64,000 nt of DNA, from positions 29,133,030 through 29,197,029 of the forward strand of contig NC_068989.1 in NCBI RefSeq assembly GCF_001194135.2, written 5' to 3'. Source of the stretch: Octopus bimaculoides. Lineage: Eukaryota. A program made the translations under genes and the position numbers. The notes beneath the pieces were generated by a model. The model saw only the letters and a program-made list of their open reading frames with translations, ran no database searches and was not told where the DNA came from. Numbering within the stretch: position 1 is the stretch's first letter; the number at the start of each line of letters is the position of its first letter. This document shows, one piece after another, positions 39,300 through 50,780 of the stretch.

Positions 39300-40620
39300 T
39301 TTTTTTTTTGTACGCATGCATGTGCGTCAGTGTGTGCACATACATGTATGTATGTATGCATGCATGCGTGTATATATGTATACATGTATGTGTATGCATA
39401 TACATATGTATGCATGTATGCACATTTGTATGTGTGTATACATGTACTCTGCATGTTTGTGTATATGCATGTTTGTGTATATGCATGTATGTGTGTGTGT
39501 GTGTGCATATATATGTATGCATGCGTACATGTTTGTATGTATGTATTCTGCATGTCCATGTGCTTGTGTGTGCATGCTTGAGTGTGTCTGTCTATGCATT
39601 TGTGTGACTACCTATGTGCATCTGTTATGTATGGATGTGTCTCCATATGTGTCCTTGTGTGAAGTGTGTATGTGTATATGGTCATGTGTTTCAGTTTTCA
39701 TTTGTATGTATGTATGTGTGTATTTGTGTCCGTTTGTCCATATTACCTATGTACCTATCTATCTGCATATCTACCTGTCCATATGTGTATCCATTTACCC
39801 ACATACACATGCACACAAACACACACATACACCTACATAACAGCCTACTAACAACACTGTCTGTATATATATATAAACTGTGTGTATGATACCTATGTAT
39901 ATTTCCTATTTAGTACTGGGGATGTTTCGTTAATGATGACGTACTCTTGTACTTGTCTGAATGCTGGGTCCTTCAGATGCTTGGATAAAATGCAAGCTGA
40001 TCCAGTGTGTCTCCATGTTGGTAGAGTATGCACGATTGTTTTTTGTTGTCATATTATCTCAGATGTTCATTTAGTATCTTCGCAACGGTCTTAGACATCT
40101 CACCTATGTATATTATGTTCTTGTCTTTACAAGCACCTCTATGCACCTTATGCTGTAGACTATACTTCTAGTTCTACAGTTAATGCCAGGGTTAATCTTA
40201 CATACTATGCAGTTATCATTGTTGCATGTGGCATTCTCAAAGGAGTACGTCCTACATAGTAGCGATCTGATGAAGCTCCCTGGCTTTTCAATGATCTTAT
40301 TGTTGAGTTTAGCCTCCTTCAGAGCTTTCCTAAATTTATGGGCTAGTTCTTCATGGGCTGTGGCCTCTGCAAAGATGACTTCTTGATATTTGTTGGTCTT
40401 GTACCACATGTTTACCCTGTTTTCTTTGTCACAAACTCTTTGTATCCTCTTCCAGTCTTTACTTCTATATTTAGGGCAGGCACCACTGGTTTCGTTATTT
40501 ATAATGCTAACTTCTTTCTGGCACCCCTGAATACCCAAACCCTATCTTTCTGATCGTATCCAGAGAATTGCATGGGTTGCACGAAGTTCTTTACATACTT
40601 CTTTGTTTTATAAGGTTCGT
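39300..40620 (-). mobile_element. Penelope-like retroelement 3' end (linker + GIY-YIG endonuclease + microsatellite-rich pLTR), decayed
   Basis: ORF 40113..40538 reads WYKTNKYQEVIFAEAT..IIEKPG..CNNDNCIVCKINPGINCRTRSIVYSIRC. The shifted frame continues IYIGEMSKTVAKILNEHL. The upstream reading QFSGYDQKDR is typical of the PLE linker. Confidence 0.88.
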
Positions 40621-41687
40621 ATAGTGGGGACACATTGTTCATTATCCTAACTATGTCTGTTATCAGTATGTAGCAGAACTACATATTACATAGTAATATG
40701 TGAGACGACCTGCACAGCAGACAAATATATCGATGAGCCTCGCTTCGATACAGTAGCCTTATTCTGAGACACCAGCCTCGTTCTGAGCTACACTATAGAA
40801 AACTCAGTTCCTGCCAGGTCAAAAACACATCTCTGCAGCTCCACACACACTCTCTCATGTGCGAATCACGTCTGTTCACCTCAACACAAGATATATGGTT
40901 CATAGATGAAGATATTTTATCACGCACACGTTCTCAAAATGACTGTTCTCATTACACACATGCATACATACTGTAATACAAATATTATATGCTACTTCTT
41001 TCAGTGCAAAAGCAAAAATCAAAACTTTTTTGTATGTAAGAACACATTTTTGTATCATAATACATGCTTCCACCACAAAAGGTGAACACAGAATAAACAA
41101 TATATTTATACACAAAAATGTCTTATGGTGATTCATACTAACTGTTTTTCTATTTAATAACACACACTTGAACAGCCAACGACAGCCGCTACAAGTATGT
41201 TGATCTTCATGTTACATGAGGCATACTGTGTCAACTTGACATTCATATTTTATCGAAACACCTGAGGGACCCAACACTCAGACAAGTACAAGAGTATGTC
41301 ATCATTAATGAAACATCCCCAGTAGTAAATAGGAAATATACATAAGTGTCATACCCCAATACCCACAGTTTATATATATATATATACACAGTGTTGTTAA
41401 TAGGTCATTATGCAAATGCATACTGCCCTAACTCTTCGAAACGCTTAGTTTAGAATAGGGGCAGCTGATGAAGGAAATGTTCTCTATGTGGCCTGTCTGT
41501 TTTCCTGTGTGTTCCTACCGTTGTCCGAAAAACAGTTTGTTTCCCATGCTTTGTTTATGTTCTGTTTTTCATTTTGTCCACGTTTTTTTGTGACGTCCTG
41601 TACCCAGATATGCATCAATATATACATGTAGATGTAGGTATGAACACACATGTACATATATATGCATATACTCACATATTATTTGTA

Positions 41688-41741
<54 letters not shown>

Positions 41742-41744
<3 letters not shown>

Positions 41745-41883
41745 TTATTTACATTTAACGGATATTTGTCCTCATCTTGTTTGTTGTTAACACAACATTT
41801 TGGCTGATATACCCTCCAGCCTTTATCGGGTGTCTTGGGGGAAATTTCGAACCTGGGTTCTCATTCCTAAGGTATTTTTTTGA

Positions 41884-41919
<36 letters not shown>

Positions 41920-42012
41920 TCAGGTCACTGCCTGGAATCGAATTTGGAATCTTGGGATTAAGAGCACGGGCTACTAACCCCAAGATTCCAAGTTTGATTC
42001 CAGGCAGTGACT

Positions 42013-42054
<42 letters not shown>

Positions 42055-42222
42055 TCAAAAAAATACCTTAGGAATGAGAATCCAGCTTTGAAATTTCCCT
42101 AAGAGACCTGATGAAGGCTAGAGGGTATATCAGCCGAAACGTTAGCAACAAACAAGATAAGGACAAATATCCGTCAAATGTAAATAATGTACATAATGCC
42201 TCATCTCTTAAATATAGAACTG
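41742..42222. mobile_element. Palindromic (head-to-head) copy of the hammerhead-bearing SINE-like element
   Basis: 41742-41955 (minus) and ~41958-42195 (plus) are inverted copies including an (AAT)n tract; the plus arm extends ~30 nt further, to tatagaactg. Confidence 0.85.
42103..42148 (+). ncRNA. Minimal type I hammerhead ribozyme motif; cores intact, stem I 3' strand damaged in this copy
   Basis: gagac-CTGATGA-a-ggct agagggtatatc agcc-GAAA-cgt-t. Both conserved cores are present, with a closed stem II and palindromic ACGU in place of stem III. Confidence 0.75.
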
Positions 42223-44190
42223 TAATATATATGTGTGTGTGTGTATGTATATATATATGTGTGGGTAAATGGATACGCATATGGACAGGGAGATATGCAG
42301 ATAGATACATACATAGGTAATATGGAAAGATGGGCACAAACACATACGTACATACATACATATGAAGGCTGAAACACATGACCATATACACACGCACACT
42401 TCACACAAAGACACATATGGAGACACACATCCATACATAACAGATGCACATACAGTCACACAAACCCATACACAGACACACTCAAACATACACACACAAA
42501 GAGACAGAGGTACACACACAAATACACACCCTAATTCAACAATAACAAAACAGTAACTCCCACAAGCTACAACACAAAATTTTAAAAAACCCTACAGTCC
42601 AAAATGAGTGTATGCTGGTATTAGAGCATGGAAGCATTCTGACAGTAAGTGGTGATGGTGAAAGGGGAATATAAAATTGACAAATTATCATGATTCAAAC
42701 AGAGAAACAACTACGAAGAACTGCTGTTTAGTAACACTGATCAACTGAAGGAAACTTTAAATAAAGCCTTTTTAAATATCTACATTTAAATGTGGCCAGC
42801 CAATTGGTATTTGAAGTTTTCATATCAAATGACTTTTCAATAAAATGTCAGTAAATATATAAGTGATATAAATCTAAAACAGCTCAAGATATTTTTGCTT
42901 AATATAAGAGCTATGTAACATTTGTATTTACTATTTAGCTCCACCGTATTTCTCTGATATCACCCCCACCACTCAAAACCACTTCTGTGCTCTATTTCAC
43001 ATTAATCTTTACAGAATGGCAAAGGTTAACTGAATATTATTACATCAACAAAATTTTATGTCATCTTTGGAGGTTGGAGTTGCTATTTTTTCTCTTATTT
43101 TATCAGGCATAGTTTGAGCTCATTTTAGATATCCATCATCAGTTGCCTTCATAAATAAAAGAACAAAAGAGGGCAGCTACATTATCAAAGATGCCACAAT
43201 AGCTTTCAAGGTTGCTTCTTTTTAGTACATCGCCCTCCCCCATCCCTTCTCACAATCCAATAAGTTCTGCCTTAGTAGGCCTACAGCACATTTGTTTGGA
43301 TTCAACTGCCATTGTTTGATATACCTTCAAGCTGTGATCATTCAATCCAATGTGTGTTAATGTTCTTGATCTTGAAATATATATTGTTAACTTACTGAAA
43401 TGCACAGCTGATGTATTTATTTAGTAGACGAATCACTATTTTCCAAGATTTTTGGATGTTTAAGTATACATTATGGCAGTGAAAAATGCTAACCCTGCAC
43501 AAAATATCTGGCAAGCTTGGGACTGGAAGTGGCCGGGATTTCTAGATTTTCCAGTTTTCTGGAGATTAGCTAAATATATACCAAAAACAAACAATAAAAA
43601 ATAAATAAAGTAAATTGCATTTAACAGATTCAAATCAATACACTTCTAAAGCAAGAGCTGTTTAATAATTATCTATCCACTTAAAATTCTTAAGGTATAT
43701 CATACATACAGCCAAGTGTTTATAGGATGAAAATTAAACAAAGGAAAGTAAAGAACATTATTTTATTTAACAGATACTGGTGCAAAATACGCTTATAAAG
43801 CAGAGTATGTTTAATCTTTATCAATACACATAAAAATGTAAAAAAAAAATTTTAAAGAAAAAAACTATTTTTAACATACTGTGTGCTTATTAACTAACAC
43901 CAAAAATGAGTGGTGGTTTACTCAAAACAGAGTGTAGTATATTGCATGGTATTGCACACTATTCCCATATTTCTCGAAGTAGGATAAAAGGTCCATTACA
44001 GTCTGTTGGAAACAGGATTTTCTCACATCAAAAGGCCTCATGTATACTCACCAATGATGTCACCAAGTTGACATCACAAAACCCCTAAGCATGAGAAAGT
44101 AACCCCATTTAGTAATACACAATTATAATAGATTCTATATACATTTAACATACAGTGTATGAAATACTGTGTTTTTGTATTAAAAAAAAA

Positions 44191-44221
<31 letters not shown>

Positions 44222-44354
44222 GTGTGTGTGTGTNNNNNNNNNNNNNNNNNNNNNNNNNNNNNNNNNNNNNNNNNNNNNNNNNNNNNNNNNNNNNNNNNNN
44301 NNNNNNNNNNNNNNNNNNNNNNNNNNNNNNNNNNNNNNNNNNNNNNNNNNNNNN

Positions 44355-44390
<36 letters not shown>

Positions 44391-44574
44391 CAATCAATTC
44401 GCACACACACACATATACTGTGAAATATTCTTTGCAAGTATATACATTCACTTTTTTGTGTATAATAAAATTGGATTCTATAACTGAAAAGAATAATAAT
44501 AATTGTTGGAACTTCAGGCACAAGAACAGCAGTTTTAGGGTTATGGGTTTAATTAAATCATCCCCTCCCTCCAG

Positions 44575-44945
44575 CATTTGACTGGTGCTTCATTTCAACT
44601 TCAGGGGCATAAAAAGCAAAGTTGACCAGAATGAGATTTAAACTCAAAATGTAAAGGGCTTGTATGCTGCAAAGCATTTTTGTGGAGCTCTAACAATTCT
44701 GAAAATACACCTCTCTGAAATTTATAATCCTTTCTCCTATAGGAACAAAGCCTGAAATTCTGGGGTGTGGGTGGGCTAGTCAATCACACTGCCCCCAGTG
44801 CTCCACTGGTACTTATTTTATTGACCCTAAAAGGATGAAAAGTAAAGTTGACCTCAACAGAATCTGAGCTCAGCACATAGATGGATAAATGCTGCTAAGC
44901 ACTTTGCCCAGTGCGGTAGTGGTTCTGCTAGCTTGCAGCCTTGCA
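44575..44945. mobile_element. Two degenerate Meta-like SINE copies, the second clearly on the minus strand
   Basis: actggtacttattttattgaccctaaaaggatgaaa..gttgacctc..gagctcag..ctaagca..ttctgctagcttgc is the reverse of the family at 7133. Confidence 0.6.
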
Positions 44946-44999
44946 ACGATAATAATAATTATTATTATTTAGAAGGAGGAGATAATGATGTATAGCATA

Positions 45000-45510
45000 G
45001 AGGGCAATTGGAAGTCCTTATGGGACAACCTACTGAGAGTAACAGACTAAGTCTGTGTGGCTGAAACAAAGTCCTGGCCAGACTGAAGATTACATGGTAG
45101 TGGAACAAGGAAGAATATAGAATTATAAAATGAAAAGACAGGCTTGGAAAGACTGGAAAAACCTGGCATCAGATAACCAGAAAGGAAGCTAGGTGACAGG
45201 TTCATGCAGCAAAGACAGAAGCAAAATGTAGGAGATTTGCCAGTGTTTTACAGCATCAGGGTCAGCGGCATTGAGGTGTTTCAGATTGCAAGACAGAGTA
45301 TCAGAGAGGATTGAGGCATTGTGGGTGACAAGTGTGCACAGATGTATACTTGTACTTAATGATTCTGAAGAGAAGCATGGACATGTTACTATGAAAGCTT
45401 GGAAAAAGGAGATCTCCTCAACATGGACTCAATTGTGGGACCAGCCATTCTAACTGACAACAGTATGATAGCCAAAACAATCAAGGATATGAAAACAGGG
45501 TCGAGTAGGA
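45000..45510 (+). mobile_element. Old RTE LINE fragment
   Basis: Degenerate match to 35860-36400 (caggcttggaaa, cagattgcaagacag, caaggatatgaaaacaggg). Confidence 0.6.
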
Positions 45511-46399
45511 TACAGCTTATCACCCATCTATTATAATAACAAGCTTGTTTGTAAGTTTGTTCAAAATTACGCAATAAAGGAGTGGCAGAGTAAGTAAGAG
45601 TAAAAAAAAAGAAGAGACAAAATCGGAATAACAATGAGAGAGGGAGTGGTATCAAACAGTGCCTCTCGCTCTCTCCCTTAACAAAAACCTTTTCACTTTA
45701 TTGATGAACGCTGCCTCTCTTTCTTTCTCTCACTCTATCTATCTACAGACTCACACACACACACACACACAACACACACTCTCTCTCTCTACAACATTTT
45801 CATTTTTATTCGATGAACGCTGATTTTTCCTGCTAAACATTAATAACAGTATATAAGTAAATAAGATTTTTGCACTTCAAAATTATTTTTTCTCTATCCC
45901 TATGGGTGTTTAACTGTTCTGGAAGATTTTTTTGCTTAAAAAGTTAATAGAATATAAAATAAGTAAATAAGTAGTAATTTTTAAGTCATAAAATTAAAAT
46001 ATCGTCTATTGAAAGAAAGCTTGATAATATTGTCTGTTTATAAAAAGGAAGGTGATTATGAATATTTACAAATACTTGCCAATACAGTGATGTTTGTNNN
46101 NNNNNNNNNNNNNNNNNNNNNNNNNNNNNNNNNNNNNNNNNNNNNNNNNNNNNNNNNNNNNNNNNNNNNNNNNNNNNNNNNNNNNNNNNNNNNNNNNNNN
46201 NNNNNNNNNNNNNNNNNNNNNNNNNNNNNNNNNNNNNNNNNNNNNNNNNNNNNNNNNNNNNNNNNNNNNNNNNNNNNNNNNNNNNNNNNNNNNNNNNNNN
46301 NNNNNNNNNNNNNNNNNNNNNNNNNNNNNNNNNNNNNNNNNNNNNNNNNNNNNNNNNNNNNNNNNNNNNNNNNNNNNNNNNNNNNNNNNNNNACACACA

Positions 46400-47048
46400 C
46401 ACACACACACATATATACTCATTTGTTTTGAAGTTTGTGTGCCGTTGTATTAAATATACTCATCCACCTGCTATGGAGATTGAATCAGACAGAAGGAGAC
46501 AGTTAGCCAGAGAGAGACAAAGGCGAAGAACAGCCAGTCTCACTCAGGAAGAACTGGAAACAAGAAGATTAAACAATACATTAAGGTTATTAAATCAATC
46601 ACAAGAAGTGAGATAAGAGAGATGAGCAAAAGACGCCAGAAGACAGGCTCAAAGATGTCAAAATGAAAAGGAGCCTCTAATTGCACAAAGGGGAGATATC
46701 CAAAGAGATAGAGCAGCATAAAAGTACCAAGATGAAACAGAAGAGCAAGCAGCAGTGAGGAGAGAATACCTAAGAATGAGAGCATCACAAATCTGACAAG
46801 ATGAAACAGAAGAGGAAGCAGCACAAAGGAGAGAAATCAAGAGAGAGAGAACATCAAGTAGAAGAATGGAAGAATTAATTAATACTGAAATGAACCATCC
46901 AAAACAAGGCAAACTCATTGCTGGTAGGGCTTTCACTAGAAACGTGGTGTCCAAGCAGTTACTGAGATAGAGGTTGTAATGTTTTTATTTTGATTTTATT
47001 TTCCATATCATTTTCATGCCATCATTTCTGAAGGCATGGGTACACTAG
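46400..47048 (+). mobile_element. Helitron-like fragment
   Basis: Frameshifted repeats ETEEQAAVRREYLRMRASQ / ETEEEAAQRRE resemble Helitron N-terminal charged repeats; the segment ends gggtacaCTAG|t. Confidence 0.45.
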
Positions 47049-47049
47049 T

Positions 47050-48390
47050 ATGTCATAAACAATGACTAGTATAGAAGCATTATAGTTAGCTGTTACAAGG
47101 GTAAAAAGGATACCTGATTATAAGTAATTACAGAGGTATCAAATTGCTGGACGAGAACATGAAAGTTACAAAACAGAATTCGACTAGATGAAATGCAATC
47201 TGGTTTTGTGTCAGAAAGAAGTACTACTGATGCCATTTTCATAATAAGAGAACTGCAGGAGAAATATTTAGTTAAAAGTAAACCATGGCATTTGTCAGTT
47301 TGGAGAAAGCTTTCAACTGAATTTCTCACTGTGATCTGGTGGTCTCTGAGGAAGCTAGAAGATGAATAGCTTGTGAGTTATATAAGCCATGTATAATGAA
47401 TTTAGGTGGGGGTTCACCAGGACTCTGTTCTCAGTTCATATCCTATTTCTCATAGTCCTCCAGACCATAACCAAGAAATTTAAGACTGACTTCCCCTGGG
47501 AACTACTATATGCTGATAACTTTGTCCTTATAGCAGAATCTGTAGTAGAATTAGCAATGAAATTCCAGGCATGCAACTGAAAACCTGCACTCAAAGGGCC
47601 TTAAAGTTAACTTAGCAAATACCAAAGTTATAGCAAGCAAGAAAACAGATGACTCCACTCCTTTCAGGTAAATAGTCCTGCTTGATATATAGGAAGGGTG
47701 TAAGTAGGAATTCCATATGGTGCAAGCTAAGGACACACAAGAGGTGCAATTGAATCGTAGGAAGGTTAACAGACAAAGTAGTCTTTGCATGTGGAAGATT
47801 AAAAGGAACAACAAACACTAAGAACACATAAGAAATCAATTTTCTTAAATGCCCAAGAGGTTTCTTAGAGGTAGTAGATAGTTTCTATTACCTAGATGGC
47901 CAAATTAGCAGTGGAAGAGGATGTTCTGAAGATATAGTTGCTGAAATAAGAATAGGCTGGAGAAAGTTTTGAGAGCTATTACCTCTGTTGGCAATAAAAG
48001 GTCTCTCTGTTAGAGTGAAAGACAGATTGATGATGCTTGTGTATAAATGGCAATGCTAGATGGGAAAAAGTTGTGGCTTGCAAAAACTAGAGAGGAATGA
48101 AGCCAGAATGCTTTGGATGTGCAATGTCAGTGTGCATGTATGGTAAGGTAAAAAAGTGTTGAGAGACACAAGAAGAATCAGATGTAGTGTGCAATAGAGA
48201 AGACAGAGAGGGTTTGGTCATGTGATGCATATGAATGAGAACAGCTATATAAAGAGGTGCTGGTTGCTTAAAGTGGATGAAATTTGTGGAAGTCATAGGA
48301 TGAAGTAGCAAAGATGTTGAGCTTCATGAAGATGACAAATAATTGAGATGATTGCCAATTCATTCTGTTAGACAAAACCTATCCATCATG
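47050..48390 (+). mobile_element. Old, highly decayed RTE RT region
   Basis: actagatgaaatgcaatctggttttg, ggagaaagctttc, ctatatgctgataac (YAD), gatgcttgtgta; colinear with 53820-55150. Confidence 0.8.
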
Positions 48391-50619
48391 GTGAAAGCAA
48401 GGCCCTAAAGTAATTTGCTCATGCCTGTGCATACTGGGTCCTGTACCTATTCTGCTCATGTCAAGAAATCCCCCATACCTCTTATTCCTAATACCTATCT
48501 CCTCATCCCTCTTCCAACTACAGCACTACACAGCTGCTGTAATCATTTGTGCTACCAGTTACCACCATGTGTCCTTAGAATCAATTCCTTTCAAACTCCA
48601 TCCTTCATTCTCATTGCCACCCCTATTTATACTACTCCCCATTGGTCACTACCTTTTCCACGCTTTCAGTTCTCTTCCTCCCTTCTGAGCTACATCTTAG
48701 ATCTGCCAAATCTCATCTTCCACACCTCTCCTATCTGTTACCATTCTCAACACCCTCTCATATCCACCATGAATGCCTTCCTCACTTTTGTAGCCCCACT
48801 TACTATACTCACACTCATGTACTTCTGACCTCCATCTTTGCCACTGTTCATCCCTTTCCCCCTTCCACATCATCTCCCTACTATCTGATCTATCTACAGA
48901 TTTATGGTACTGTTGCTCTCCACATCTGTGCTGCTGCTTGTCACATCCTCCTTCCTGAGTTACTTCTATTTTGCTCACCTCCCCCTCCATACTTATATTT
49001 ACCATCAAATACATCTCCACCCTTGTTTGTCATTCACTACATCCACTTCAAGCCCCATCTCTAATCATGTCACTCTCCTATCATACTCTTATGAAATTTC
49101 TCACCCATTCCTTCTTGATCCACTGTTTATATTCTCCCTTATACCTACCATGAGCATATGCTCTAGCATTCTGTCACCACCATTTCTATCACCCTTCCAG
49201 CTACACTCACCCACATTATGATTATAATACAAAGTAGCCATGTATTTCCTATATAGCAAGCCACCAGAGCTTGTCCCTCTATCATACTTTTAACCATCAA
49301 CATCTGGAAAAAACCCACCACTTTCTCTTTCAAGTACATTCCCTCTCAGTTGATGGGACTTTTCCTTTTTTTCTTTATTTTGTCTTTTAAATTATTTAGT
49401 GTCTTCACTTGTGTCAGAGTCACAAAAGAAGCATGTAGTGCACACTGTTAAGTGGTTGGCATTAAGTAGGACACCCTACTGAAGCTGACATTGGAGCCTG
49501 CTGCAGCTCTGTGGCTTGTTAGATCCTATCAAACCATCCAACCTATACAAGCATTATAAAATGAACATTAAATGAGAATAATAATGGTGATGGTAATGGT
49601 GATGTTGAGGACTTGTCTTTTAAACCACCTCCACAAAAGGTATGGGAAGGAAATCTATTTTACATAGTTTCCAACTAATGTAAAACTCATAACTAGCCTG
49701 TGACCTGGGGACTCCCAATGCTCAGTGAGTTCCTAATAAATAATAATTAAGTCCTAAGCACTTTTGTGTATTCTGTTACTAGAGTGGATCATGAGAAACT
49801 CAACAACAACATTGGATATAATGGAAAATATTGATTGCAAGCAGAAAAGATTGCTACTCATAAATTCAATGCTTTATTTACTCATGTAGAAATATATTTA
49901 CACAAATAATAGCTATAATCTTTCTCCAAGAAAAGAACAAGTGAAACAGCTAATCCAAATTACTAGGATCTGATAGCTTTGAATTTGTTATTATTTATGT
50001 TTGAAAGATTCAAGAGTGTAAAGCACCTAAATTCTGCAAACACCATCAGATATATCAAAGAACAAGAAGATGCAGTCAACTGCCCAATATCTTAGCAACT
50101 GGCTATCGAATAACAACACTTTTACTTCTTAACCTTAGTTTCATGAAACATTTGTTGCTTGTTTACCAAAAGAAGCGAGGCAAGTGATGATAATTCTTGT
50201 TGAATATTTTAGCTCCTTTACTACCAACTCATCCAAGTCCACCTCTTGTTCTACAATACAAACATTCTGTTTTAAAGAAATGTAAATGAAAACCTCCCAT
50301 CAAAATTTCATCTTAATTTTTGTGCCAAACACCAGCTAATTAATGACAGATGTTTTCAAATTTTCAGAATGAATTGAAACAAAGACATATTTCAAAAGAA
50401 ATATGGTAACAAAAAGTGAAAAATTACCAGGAAAATACTTCCTCCCTCCCTGCTTCAAACATATCAACCTCAAATCTACTTATTTAGATAATGAAAATAG
50501 AATCACCAAACAAAACATGATACAGTACATAAAGAAGGGCTCAAAGAAGGACAGAACTCACGACAGTTTGGACTGACTAAAGAACATTTATATAGTGACA
50601 TTTTACATACACATACACT

Positions 50620-50780
50620 ACACTCTCGAAGTGGTTGATGTTAGGAAGGGCATCCAGCTGTAGAAACTCTGCCAGATCAGATTGGAGTCTGGCATAGCCA
50701 TCCGCTTTGCCAGTCCCCAGTCAAATCGTCCAACCCATGCTAGCATGGAAAGCGGACGTTAAATGATGATGATGATGATA
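50620..50780 (+). mobile_element. Short RTE 3' end
   Basis: ctacactctcgaagtggttgatgttaggaagggcatccagctgtagaaac..gatgatgatg. Confidence 0.8.

Larger units (their letters stand above)
41255..42560 (+). repeat. Inverted second pLTR arm of the Penelope element, interrupted by inserts at ~41405-41740 and 41742-42222
   Basis: 41255-41405 is the reverse complement of ~39835-39985; 42225-42530 is the reverse complement of ~39560-39835. Confidence 0.8.

Noticed and set aside
43240-43490. Minus-strand readings including KVYQTMAVESKQMCCRPT, superficially TGF-beta-like
   Set aside because: Cysteine spacing and order do not fit, and the implied intron would be only ~25 nt.
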